Part shown: piece by piece, positions 9,723-18,639 of the stretch | How positions within the stretch are numbered: position 1 is the stretch's first letter | How the letters are laid out: every line of letters starts with the position of its first letter | NCBI GenBank assembly: GCA_964449285.1 | Contig: CAYUZX010000001.1 | Location: 67,819 to 131,818 of the forward strand | Length of the DNA: 64,000 bases | Origin: an uncultured Prolixibacteraceae bacterium | Lineage (GTDB): Bacteria; Bacteroidota; Bacteroidia; Bacteroidales; FEN-979 | Reading direction: 5' to 3' | Notes under the pieces: model-generated | The model's database searches: none | Seen by the model: only the letters and a program-made list of their open reading frames with translations | What the model was told of the DNA's origin: nothing | Translations under genes and position numbers: made by a program

Positions 9723-11822
9723 ATGTCTGAAGAACTTCACCAACGGATAAAAGAGCTGGAGAACAGGAATAGGATCCTGACTTCAGCTACTGAGCAATGG
9801 AACCATCTGCAAAAGATCTACCTTGAATCTCACGGGAAACTTCAAGAGAGTGAATCCTTCCTGAAAGATATCAAGACCCGGATGGAGCGGGCTTTGACAG
9901 CAGCTGATATGGCCTGGTGGGATTGGGAATATAAAACGGGTGCGATCTATTTTAATCCCGAACGTGCGAGACTCCTTGGCTACACAGAAGGAGAACTCCC
10001 TAAAAACTTCAATGAAGCCATTCAACGGATTTATCCTGTCGATCATGATGAGGCAGTAAGACGCATTCGGATGCATATTGCTGGAGAGACTGAATTTTAC
10101 GAAGCGGAATACCGGTTGCAATCAAAAAGTGGCGAGTGGAAATGGTTTTACGACCGGGGAAAAGTTATTGAGAAGGACATCATGGGAGATCCCATTACAA
10201 TATCAGGTGTGTTAATTGATATCAACGAGCGGAAGGTAGCAGAAAAAGAGCTAACTGAAGCACGCAATCTTGCAGATGCATCCAGCAAGGCAAAAAGCCT
10301 CTTTCTGTCCAACATGTCTCATGAAATTTACACTCCCATGGCGGGAGTTGTTGGCATGGCAGATATCCTTAAACAATCCGGACTTGTTAAGGAGCAGCTT
10401 GAATACATTGATATTATCGTCAACTCAGCTTCAAACCTGATGTCAGTGTTGAACGACATCATGGAATTCATTAAGGTAGAGAACAGGAAAATTAAACTTT
10501 CAATTTCTCCTCTCGCCATCACCCAATTGATGCAGGAAATTGAATCGGGAACCCTTGAGAAGTGTAAGGAAAAGGGGCTGGAACTACTTACCTATATCGA
10601 CACCCAGATCCCGGATCATGTGATGGGTGACCCTAGAAGGTTACGCCAGCTGTTACAGATATTTGTAAACAATGCCGTTAAGTTTACCGATGAGGGAAGG
10701 GTTATTATCGCCATTGAGTTTGCCGGATGGGATGAGGAGATAATCCGGATCCGCTTCAGGGTAACCGACACTGGAATTGGTATTCCGGAACATGAATTGA
10801 AAAATCTTTTTCACTCGTTTACACGCGTCAATACCAAGGAAGGGAAGTATGGAGGAAGCGGCCTTGGACTTGCTATAGCGAAGCATCTGGTCGAACTGAT
10901 GAACGGGGAGATAGCTGTCGAAAGCAAGGAGGCCGCTGGCTCGACGTTTACCTTCACGGTTGAATTTGACCGGCTGGTTGAGCAGGAGACCCATCTCGAC
11001 GTGTCGATGCTTCAGGGCAGAAGGATCCTTCTGGTGGATCAGGACCAGGTACGGAGAACCATTCTGAAGAACTACCTGCTGATATGGGATTGTGAGATTG
11101 AGGAACGGGATTCAATTCCGGAGGCACTTGAATTATTGAAACACAAACTCCAGGCAGGGAAGCCGATTGATCTTACCGTCATCGAATATGATTCGTTGAA
11201 TACTTCGGCAGATCTTGTTTCTGAGTTGTTCAACAAACGCGATTGGCTTCAATTTCCAAGGATATTAATCGCTTCAAAGGATATGGAGCTCCCTTCGGAA
11301 TTGATCAAACAGTCGGGATTCCAGGTTGTATTGCTCAGGCCTTTTCTCCCTGGACAACTGGCAGAAGCAATGCAGATGGCAATTCCCGGGGAAAAATCAA
11401 ACTTCAGGATTATTGGCGACAGCCAGTTTCAGGAAGTATCCGGTTCGGCAAGGAAGGTTTTGAAAATCCTGTTGGTTGAGGATAATCTGATCAATCAAAA
11501 GGTTGCGTTGGTGACCTTAAAAAAACTTGGCCATGAGACCACTCTTGCTGAGAATGGGCTAGAGGCGGTTAACCTGTTTGAGCCGGGTAAATTTGACCTG
11601 ATTCTGATGGATATCCTGATGCCGGAGATGAATGGTTTGGACGCTGCCCAAAAAATAAGGGAGATAGAATCTGATACCAAAATCGATCCCGTGTATATTT
11701 GCGCCATCACGGCCAATATTCATAAGGAGGATGAAGATGCCTGCTATGAAGTAGGGATGAATAATTATATCACAAAACCGTTTAAACTGGAAGAGTTGAA
11801 TATGGTTCTGAGCAATATCTGA
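9723..11822 (+). CDS. Hybrid sensor histidine kinase (coiled coil, PAS, HisKA, HATPase_c, degenerate REC, REC)
   Basis: H-box [13 protein letters not shown] boxes ([21 protein letters not shown]) and a C-terminal receiver ([11 protein letters not shown] ... [10 protein letters not shown] ... KP). Confidence 0.85.
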   Translation: MSEELHQRIKELENRNRILTSATEQWNHLQKIYLESHGKLQESESFLKDIKTRMERALTAADMAWWDWEYKTGAIYFNPERARLLGYTEGELPKNFNEAIQRIYPVDHDEAVRRIRMHIAGETEFYEAEYRLQSKSGEWKWFYDRGKVIEKDIMGDPITISGVLIDINERKVAEKELTEARNLADASSKAKSLFLSNMSHEIYTPMAGVVGMADILKQSGLVKEQLEYIDIIVNSASNLMSVLNDIMEFIKVENRKIKLSISPLAITQLMQEIESGTLEKCKEKGLELLTYIDTQIPDHVMGDPRRLRQLLQIFVNNAVKFTDEGRVIIAIEFAGWDEEIIRIRFRVTDTGIGIPEHELKNLFHSFTRVNTKEGKYGGSGLGLAIAKHLVELMNGEIAVESKEAAGSTFTFTVEFDRLVEQETHLDVSMLQGRRILLVDQDQVRRTILKNYLLIWDCEIEERDSIPEALELLKHKLQAGKPIDLTVIEYDSLNTSADLVSELFNKRDWLQFPRILIASKDMELPSELIKQSGFQVVLLRPFLPGQLAEAMQMAIPGEKSNFRIIGDSQFQEVSGSARKVLKILLVEDNLINQKVALVTLKKLGHETTLAENGLEAVNLFEPGKFDLILMDILMPEMNGLDAAQKIREIESDTKIDPVYICAITANIHKEDEDACYEVGMNNYITKPFKLEELNMVLSNI

Positions 11823-11825
11823 TGC

Positions 11826-13046
11826 TTAGCTAAATCTGATGGCTTTGATCGGACTGATCCGCGTGATGATCATGGAAGGGATGATAAGCATCAGGTAGCA
11901 AACCAGCAATGTCCCCAGGTTCAATATCAGGATATTCCAGCCATCAAGGTGTATTGGCACAACAGACATGTAGTAGGATTCCTGTGGCAGTGTTATCAAG
12001 CCTAAATGTTTCTGAAGAAGCGACAAACCGAAGCCGGCAACGTTACCGAAGAGCATTCCTAACCCAATGATAAATACCGATTGATAGAGGAAAATTTTAC
12101 GTACCGACCGGTTATTCATCCCAAGTGCTTTCAACACGCCAATGGTACCGGTTCGTTCCAGGATCAAAATCAGCAGAGTTGAGATCATCGTTATTCCAGC
12201 CACCAGAATCATCAGGATCAGGATAATAAGTACGTTGATATCCTGCAGGGCAAGCCAATCGAATATCTGGGGGTATAGTTGTTTAATAGTGGATGCATCG
12301 AGGCTGAAACCAATGCTTTGATAGACTGCCTTCCCAAGTTTGTCGATCTCATAAAAATCATCGATAAGGATCTCCAGTCCACCGACTTCTCCCGTTTCCC
12401 AATTATTCAGTCGGCGGATGTGGTGGATATCACCTATTACATACATATTGTCGAACTCTTCAAGCCCTGTCTCATAGATGCCGACAATGATAAATTTGCG
12501 ACCAAGGACGCGGTCATCGGCAATAAAGTACATTCTTAAATCATCGTTGAGCCTCAGGTTGAGTAGGTTACAGAGTTTTCGTGAGATTATCACTTCATCT
12601 GTCCGGCTCGTATCCGTTGGCTGGAAATGCCTTCCTTCCTTGATCTTGCTGTCGAAAAAAGACCAGTCGAAATCACTTCCAATCCCTTTTAGAACCACTC
12701 CCTGGATTTGGTCCTCTGTTTTGATGATGCCCGCTTTGGTCGCAAAAACCTGGATATGTTTGATGCCATTAATGTTTTTCAGTGAGGGAAGAAACTCCTG
12801 ATCTTTTCTGATGGGATTGGGCTCGAACGACTGATTCTCCTCGAAACTGGTGATCTGGATATGCCCACCGAAACCTATCACCTTTTCCCGGATTTCTTTC
12901 TGAAACCCACTGAGGATAGCTATTGAGAGAAACATAACCGACAATCCCAGGGCAATGCTGATGATAGCAATGATCACGATAGGCCTGGAGAAGTTAGCCT
13001 TGTTCCGGGCTATCATCCGGTTGGCGATAAAGAGTTCGGTGTTCAA
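11826..13046 (-). CDS. LolC/E-type FtsX-family ABC transporter permease
   Basis: N-terminus (M)NTELFIANR..., a large periplasmic loop and a C-terminal FtsX domain. The TTG start at 13046 sits 20 nt downstream of a -7 box; the track start at 13142 would leave no promoter space. Confidence 0.75.
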   Translation of the reverse strand: MNTELFIANRMIARNKANFSRPIVIIAIISIALGLSVMFLSIAILSGFQKEIREKVIGFGGHIQITSFEENQSFEPNPIRKDQEFLPSLKNINGIKHIQVFATKAGIIKTEDQIQGVVLKGIGSDFDWSFFDSKIKEGRHFQPTDTSRTDEVIISRKLCNLLNLRLNDDLRMYFIADDRVLGRKFIIVGIYETGLEEFDNMYVIGDIHHIRRLNNWETGEVGGLEILIDDFYEIDKLGKAVYQSIGFSLDASTIKQLYPQIFDWLALQDINVLIILILMILVAGITMISTLLILILERTGTIGVLKALGMNNRSVRKIFLYQSVFIIGLGMLFGNVAGFGLSLLQKHLGLITLPQESYYMSVVPIHLDGWNILILNLGTLLVCYLMLIIPSMIITRISPIKAIRFS

Positions 13047-13066
13047 TGGGAGATGGATTGCTGTTA

Positions 13067-13074
13067 CAAAAGTA
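13067..13074 (-). promoter_or_regulatory. -7 box TACTTTTG for the lolE-like gene
   Basis: The reverse complement of caaaagta matches TAnnTTTG, 20 nt upstream of the TTG at 13046. Confidence 0.45.
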
Positions 13075-13075
13075 G

Positions 13076-13083
13076 TAAATTTG
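13076..13083 (+). promoter_or_regulatory. -7 box TAAATTTG for the namZ-like gene
   Basis: Exact TAnnTTTG, 1 nt from the opposite-strand box, so the two are back-to-back divergent promoters. Confidence 0.4.
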
Positions 13084-13159
13084 TGGAGGAACTTTGTCGA
13101 CTGGTGAGTATTGTCATTACGAGGAATGGAGTGACACGGCAATGGTGAACTTGTGAGTT

Positions 13160-14332
13160 ATGAAAGAGTTATTTCTTCTTTTTATTGTTGGATGGCTTAC
13201 TTCAGCGGTTAGCTTGAATCAGGCTGATGGTCAGGTTCTAACTGGACTTGAGCGAACCGACGAGTATTTACCGATACTCAGGGGGAAACGGATTGGCGTT
13301 GTTGCAAATAATGCTTCTGTGGTTCGAGGTGTTAACACGGTTGACACCCTCATTGCACTGGAGTGTGATGTTGTAAAAATATATTCGCCAGAACACGGAT
13401 TCAGGCGGCAGGTTGAAGCGGGGCTACATTTAGATAACCAGATTGATAGCCTGACAGGAGTTGAAGTGATCTCTCTATATGGGAAAAAACAGAAGCCATC
13501 TCAAGAGGACCTGGAGGGGGTTGATCTTATCGTTTTTGATATCCAGGATGTTGGTGTCAGGTTCTATACTTACATCTCTACTTTGAGTTATGTGATGGAA
13601 GCCTGTGCAGAAAAGGGTATCCCTCTTCTTGTCTTTGACAGACCTAATCCGAATGGTTTTTACATTGACGGGCCAGTGCTCGATTCCCGTTTTTCTTCAT
13701 TTGTCGGGCTTCACCCGGTGCCGGTTGTATATGGAATGACTATTGGCGAGTATGCAAGGATGGTTAACGGTGAAGGATGGTTGAAGGATGGCATTCAATG
13801 CGATTTGGGGATCGTGCCCCTGGTGAACTGGACACATCATACATTTGCCCAGATTCCGGAAGCGCCTTCCCCGAATTTGCCTACGATAAACGCTATCTAC
13901 CTCTATCCGTCACTTTGTTTTTTTGAAGGAACCGATATAAGTATAGGAAGGGGGACGTGTCATCCGTTTGAAGTATTCGGACATCCAGCGATGAAAGGAT
14001 TCGCATTTTCCTTCACTCCTGAGAGTATCCCTGGTAAGAGTCTTCATCCCCCTCATAAGGGTGAATTGTGTCTTGGGTTGGATCTTCGTGAATTCTATAC
14101 AACACATCCTGCCATGTTCGGGCGGATAAACCTAGTCTGGTTGCTGATGGCTTTCAAGGATCTCGGGAGTAGTCCGGATTTTTTTACGGCTTACTTTGAT
14201 AAGCTGGCGGGCACGGATTCCCTGCAGAGACAGATTCTGAACGGATCCACAGAAATGCAAATCCGTCAATCGTGGCAGGACGATATCGAAGCGTTTAAAC
14301 TAGTGAGACAGAAATATTTGCTGTATGAGTGA
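13160..14332 (+). CDS. DUF1343 family protein (NamZ-like exo-beta-N-acetylmuramidase), secreted
   Basis: Signal peptide, then the DUF1343 N-terminus (GLERTDEYLPILRGKRIGVVANNAS), DIQDVGVRFYTYIST and FDRPNPNG. Confidence 0.75.
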   Translation: MKELFLLFIVGWLTSAVSLNQADGQVLTGLERTDEYLPILRGKRIGVVANNASVVRGVNTVDTLIALECDVVKIYSPEHGFRRQVEAGLHLDNQIDSLTGVEVISLYGKKQKPSQEDLEGVDLIVFDIQDVGVRFYTYISTLSYVMEACAEKGIPLLVFDRPNPNGFYIDGPVLDSRFSSFVGLHPVPVVYGMTIGEYARMVNGEGWLKDGIQCDLGIVPLVNWTHHTFAQIPEAPSPNLPTINAIYLYPSLCFFEGTDISIGRGTCHPFEVFGHPAMKGFAFSFTPESIPGKSLHPPHKGELCLGLDLREFYTTHPAMFGRINLVWLLMAFKDLGSSPDFFTAYFDKLAGTDSLQRQILNGSTEMQIRQSWQDDIEAFKLVRQKYLLYE

Positions 14333-14351
14333 GGCTAAAAAGAGAGCCTCA
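14330..14351. terminator. Bidirectional hairpin tgaggct-aaaaagag-agcctca spanning both convergent stop codons
   Basis: 7-bp perfect stem with an 8-nt loop. TGA at 14330-14332 (+ gene) and tca at 14349-14351 (TGA of the - gene) are parts of the two arms. Confidence 0.5.
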
Positions 14352-15545
14352 TTTCCTCCCGGGATAGACTTTCAGCCCCTCTTCCAGACATTTCATGGCT
14401 TGCTTCAAGTGATCAACTTTGAGCACATAACTGATTCTGACTTCATCCTTTCCCCTCCCTGGGGTTGAATAGAAGCCAGTAGCTGGAGCCAGCATCACGG
14501 TTTGATTCTCGTAATTGAAGCTATCCAGAAGCCATTGGCAAAATTTGTCTGAATCATCGATAGGTAAGCGTGCTGTTGCATAGAAAGCTCCGCCCGGATT
14601 AGGACAGAAACAACCCGCCATCCTGTTAATTGATGCTACAACGATGTCGCGACGCTGGACATACTCATTCAGAACAGCTTTCATATAGGCATCCGGTGTA
14701 TCAATAGCCGCTTCCCCGGCAATCTGTCCAAGTGTGGGCGGACTCAATCGTGCCTGGGCGAATTTCATGGCGGTGGCCATAACCTTCTTGTTACGGGATA
14801 TCATTACGCCAATCCGCACTCCACAGGCGCTATATCGTTTTGAAACAGAGTCCAGCAGAATTACATTGTTCTCAATACCCTTCAGGTTCATCACAGAGTG
14901 GTGCTTCTTCCCGTCATAACAAAATTCGCGGTATGCCTCATCAGAGAAAAGAAATAAGTCATACTTCCTGATGATCTCTTTCAGCATCTCCAACTCTTCC
15001 AGTGAGTAGAGGTACCCCGTTGGATTATTTGGATTGCAGATCATGATCGCTTTTGTTCGGGGCGTAATTACTTTTTCGAAAGAGCTGATCGGAGGAAGTG
15101 CGAATCCATCTTCGATGAATGACTCGATGGGTTTGATGACAACTCCAGCTGCAATGGCAAAGCCGTTATAGTTTGCGTAGAAAGGTTCCGGAATGATGAT
15201 CTCATCGCCCGGGTCAAGACAGCTCATCATGGCAAAGAGGATGGCTTCAGAACCTCCGGTAGTGATAATCATCTCATCAGGAGTAATTTCGATCCGGTTA
15301 CGTTTGTAATATTCCGCAAGTTTTTGACGGTAGGAGAGAATTCCTGCGGAGTGGCTGTATTCCAACACCTTCATGTCGATATTTCGGATAGCTTCCATCA
15401 CATTTTGGGGTGTCTCGATATCAGGCTGTCCGATGTTCAGATGATAGACTTTTACTCCTTGGCGTTTCGCCTCTTCGGCATAGGGAACAAGTTTTCGGAT
15501 AGGGGATGAGGGCATATGCTCTCCCCGGGAAGAAATGTTTGGCAT
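14349..15545 (-). CDS. Class I/II PLP-dependent aminotransferase (aspartate/aromatic type)
   Basis: 398 aa. NPNNPTG and the PLP-lysine motif SVSKRYSACGVRIG. Confidence 0.85.
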   Translation of the reverse strand: MPNISSRGEHMPSSPIRKLVPYAEEAKRQGVKVYHLNIGQPDIETPQNVMEAIRNIDMKVLEYSHSAGILSYRQKLAEYYKRNRIEITPDEMIITTGGSEAILFAMMSCLDPGDEIIIPEPFYANYNGFAIAAGVVIKPIESFIEDGFALPPISSFEKVITPRTKAIMICNPNNPTGYLYSLEELEMLKEIIRKYDLFLFSDEAYREFCYDGKKHHSVMNLKGIENNVILLDSVSKRYSACGVRIGVMISRNKKVMATAMKFAQARLSPPTLGQIAGEAAIDTPDAYMKAVLNEYVQRRDIVVASINRMAGCFCPNPGGAFYATARLPIDDSDKFCQWLLDSFNYENQTVMLAPATGFYSTPGRGKDEVRISYVLKVDHLKQAMKCLEEGLKVYPGRK

Positions 15546-15572
15546 AGAAATCAGATCTTAGCGTTAGCTCGA

Positions 15573-16043
15573 TTATTTATTGATTGGTGTTGCTCCAAGG
15601 TCATTCTGTTTTTCGGGAATAGTTTCAACGGGAGGTGCAACCACCTTCCCTTTTATTGAGAGCAACAGTCTGTTTGTCTGAGCATTTGAGTATACCGTCA
15701 CTGTCTTATTGATCGTGCCGATGTTGTTGGTGTTGTATGTCACCTTGATCACATCGCTTTTCCCTGGAAGGATTGGTTCCCGGGGCCATGTAGGGACCGT
15801 ACAACCGCAAGAAGAGATCGGTTTTGAAAGGATCAATGGCTCTTTCCCGGTATTGGTGAATGTGAACTCACATGTTCCGTTACTGCCTTTAACAATGGTG
15901 CCATAGTCATGCACGGTCTTTTCAAATGAAATTTCGGGAGCATTCGGATTACTAACAGGAGAGTTAATAGGATCTGCCTGCTGGGCATTAATGAAAGAAG
16001 CGGACGAAAACAGTAAAATACAGGATAATATCAAGGTACGCAT
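15573..16043 (-). CDS. DUF1573 domain secreted protein
   Basis: Signal peptide, FEKTVHDYGTI and the hallmark SSCGCT motif. Confidence 0.7.
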   Translation of the reverse strand: MRTLILSCILLFSSASFINAQQADPINSPVSNPNAPEISFEKTVHDYGTIVKGSNGTCEFTFTNTGKEPLILSKPISSCGCTVPTWPREPILPGKSDVIKVTYNTNNIGTINKTVTVYSNAQTNRLLLSIKGKVVAPPVETIPEKQNDLGATPINK

Positions 16044-16155
16044 AGGATTGATTTTAGGAGCACAAAATTATACAAATCATGTGGTTCGGCCAATAATTTA
16101 CATTATTTTAACATTTTGTTCGGAAATTGATACATTCACCTTTCTTTATATTTCG

Positions 16156-16163
16156 TATCTTTG
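16156..16163 (+). promoter_or_regulatory. -7 box TATCTTTG upstream of 16213
   Basis: Exact TAnnTTTG, 49 nt before the ATG. Confidence 0.4.
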
Positions 16164-16212
16164 CATGCTGAATAGTATCTTGTTCATCAATGGTACCTGA
16201 AACAGTGACCGT

Positions 16213-16740
16213 ATGAAGAGACTTTTCGTTGTGTCTTTGACTTTTCTGATTTCCGGGGTTTCTCTCATCTCATGCTCCAAAAAAATACAACCTGCTGTAG
16301 CTGCCAAAACTGATTTAAAGGAACATACCGGAGGATCAATGGCATTGGCCCCATGCATCATCTACAAAACGAAAGCGGATTACAAAATATATGTTCCTGT
16401 TTCACTTTCTGAAGATAAGGCGAGGATTACCTCTTATCCTGATGTTACCGATCTTAGGACGCAGGCCATATCAGCTTATCCGGAAGAATTGTCCGGCGGA
16501 TTTTTGTTGGACAACCGGGGCATCGGCCCGGATGTAGCCTTTCTTTCGATCACGTATGATGCTTATGTATCAAAAGCTAAAACCCCGAATGCGGATGATT
16601 TGTTTAAGCAGTTGCTTGATAAAGATCCGCTCCTGGAGATGTATCAATGCGGTAATCGCAATCAATACGTTGACATCATCAGGGAATTGAATGCGATTAT
16701 TGATTCGGGGATACTTTCTGATTGTAAAAAAATTAAATGA
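16213..16740 (+). CDS. Lipoprotein of unknown function
   Basis: Signal peptide with lipobox-like LISC. 4-nt ATGA overlap with the next gene. Confidence 0.5.
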   Translation: MKRLFVVSLTFLISGVSLISCSKKIQPAVAAKTDLKEHTGGSMALAPCIIYKTKADYKIYVPVSLSEDKARITSYPDVTDLRTQAISAYPEELSGGFLLDNRGIGPDVAFLSITYDAYVSKAKTPNADDLFKQLLDKDPLLEMYQCGNRNQYVDIIRELNAIIDSGILSDCKKIK

Positions 16741-18536
16741 ACACAGAAGCTATAAAACTGCGGGAGCTTGACGGAAGTCAGCTTTATTACAGTATAGTCG
16801 CTGGAGCACAGCGAATTTTCGAGCATCAAAAGATCTTGAACAAGATCAATGTTTTCCCGGTCGCGGATGCTGATACAGGTACGAATCTTGCCTCCACGAT
16901 GCGATCTATCGTGGATGCAAAAATTCCTATTGAGAACCTGAAGCAAACGGCATCTGCGATTGCTGATGCAGCGTTAAGTGGGGCTCGTGGAAATTCCGGA
17001 ATCATCTTTGCCCAGTTTCTTTATGGATTCAGCAACGAACTCAAAGCGGACGGAAAACTCGATGTACAGTCTTTTGCTGAGAGTATGAAGAAGGCAGTGA
17101 GTTATGCTTATGATGCTATAGCTAATCCTGTGGAAGGAACAATTCTCACAGTGATAAAAGATTGGGCTGATTATTTGTACACATTGAAGGATATCATTGA
17201 TGATTTTATCAAGATCCTGCTTGAAGCATACAATAAGGCGGTGGAGTCACTCTCTGAAACTACGAATAAACTGGAAGTTCTTGCCAGAACCCATGTGGTA
17301 GATGCCGGAGCAAAAGGGTTTGTCTATTTTTTAGAGGGGATTCTTGATTTCTTCACGAAAGGGTATGACATTACTACAAAAGCTGAAACGGATGACGATG
17401 ATCAATCTGTAGAGGTTGCTGATCTTCATGAAGAGATCACATTCCGTTTTTGCACAGAGGCGATGATTGCCGGTGAGAAACTTGATAAGAAGCTGATTCA
17501 GGATCAGTTACATAGCCATGGGGATTCTATTGTTGCCGCTGGTTCACCCAAAAAAATGCGGGTTCATATTCATTCTGATCATCCTGACGAGGTGTTTGCC
17601 TTATTGAGCGGTTTTGGAGCTATTACTTACCAGAAGGTTGACGATATGGTGATGCAGCAAGAGGTTATGCATAACAGGAAAGCGGATATTGCCATCCTGA
17701 CCGATTCAACATGCGACCTTCCCAAGGAGATTCTGGATCATCACCAGATCCACATGATGCCTTTGAGCGTTCATTTCGGGGATAGTTTTTATCTCGACAG
17801 GTTGAGCATGAACGCTCCTCAATTCTATAAGATGCAACAGCAAAAGGAGGTGCGGCCTACTACTTCTCAACCCACTGTTAAGGATTTTCAGAATAAATTT
17901 GAGTATCTTTCTACGCATTATACGTCAACGCTGGGCTTCTTCATAAGCGAAAAACTCAGTGGCACCTTCCAGAACGGAACGAAGTCTGCCAGGGATATCG
18001 GTCACAGCAGCGGGAAACCATCATATATCTACAATTCTCGCTCTCTTTCTGCTGGCCTTGGTCTGGTTGTCTTACGTGTGGCCCGTGCAGTGGAAGATGG
18101 CATGTCACTTGAGGAGATTCTTCCAAAAATAGATACCTGGATATCAAAGTCTTATATCCGTGTCACCATCCCAACCCTGAACTACATCATTAAGTCGGGG
18201 CGGATCAGTAACTTTAAAAGTTTTGTTGCCCGAACGCTGGATCTGAAACCTGTGATTGAAATCGATAAGGAAGGGAAAGCGGAAATTGCCGGCAAGTCCT
18301 TATCAATTAAAGGATCCCATAAGAAGTTGTTAACTATTGTACGGAAAATTCTTCAAGGAGAGAAGATCTGGGAGTATGCCATCACTCATGCCAACAATCA
18401 AGAAGTAGCTGAATACTATGCCGGTGAGATGGAAAAGCTAACCGGTAAAAAGCCACTTTTTATGGACCATGTCTCTCCAGTGCTCGTTGCCAATGTAGGC
18501 CCTGGCGTTGTGGCTGTTTCATTGATGCTGAAGTAG
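16737..18536 (+). CDS. Fusion of a FakA-like DhaL/DAK2 kinase domain plus middle domain with a DegV (FakB-like) fatty-acid-binding domain
   Basis: N-terminus: NVFPVADADTGTNL and GARGNSGIIF (DhaL/FakA). Middle: FRFCTE...HGDSIV...RVHIHSDHP. C-terminus: ILTDSTCDLP...MPLSVHFGD..YLD...TSQPT...SEKLSGTFQ (DegV). Confidence 0.75.
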   Translation: MNTEAIKLRELDGSQLYYSIVAGAQRIFEHQKILNKINVFPVADADTGTNLASTMRSIVDAKIPIENLKQTASAIADAALSGARGNSGIIFAQFLYGFSNELKADGKLDVQSFAESMKKAVSYAYDAIANPVEGTILTVIKDWADYLYTLKDIIDDFIKILLEAYNKAVESLSETTNKLEVLARTHVVDAGAKGFVYFLEGILDFFTKGYDITTKAETDDDDQSVEVADLHEEITFRFCTEAMIAGEKLDKKLIQDQLHSHGDSIVAAGSPKKMRVHIHSDHPDEVFALLSGFGAITYQKVDDMVMQQEVMHNRKADIAILTDSTCDLPKEILDHHQIHMMPLSVHFGDSFYLDRLSMNAPQFYKMQQQKEVRPTTSQPTVKDFQNKFEYLSTHYTSTLGFFISEKLSGTFQNGTKSARDIGHSSGKPSYIYNSRSLSAGLGLVVLRVARAVEDGMSLEEILPKIDTWISKSYIRVTIPTLNYIIKSGRISNFKSFVARTLDLKPVIEIDKEGKAEIAGKSLSIKGSHKKLLTIVRKILQGEKIWEYAITHANNQEVAEYYAGEMEKLTGKKPLFMDHVSPVLVANVGPGVVAVSLMLK

Positions 18537-18540
18537 AAAC

Positions 18541-18568
18541 CGATGCCGGATGCCTGATGCCGGATTTT
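18541..18568. repeat. Heptamer array cgatgcc ggatgcc tgatgcc ggatttt
   Basis: gatgcc recurs at 18543, 18550 and 18557, starting 5 nt after the stop codon. Confidence 0.85.
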
Positions 18569-18593
18569 GGTTATAACCGTTGTTTTTATTTTT

Positions 18594-18635
18594 AATTTCG
18601 TAATTCGTAATTCGTAATTCGTAATTCGTAATTGA
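18594..18635. repeat. Heptamer array taattcg x4 perfect, flanked by aatttcg and taattga
   Basis: taattcg at 18601, 18608, 18615 and 18622. Ends 4 nt before the ATG at 18640. Confidence 0.9.
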
Positions 18636-18639
18636 TTTC

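Noticed and set aside
18569-18578. Palindrome ggttataacc (and the related cggttaaccg at 62765-62774) as terminator stems
   Set aside because: As RNA these would give 4-bp stems with 2-nt loops, which is not viable. They may be protein sites or part of the array vocabulary, but the evidence is insufficient for a separate claim.
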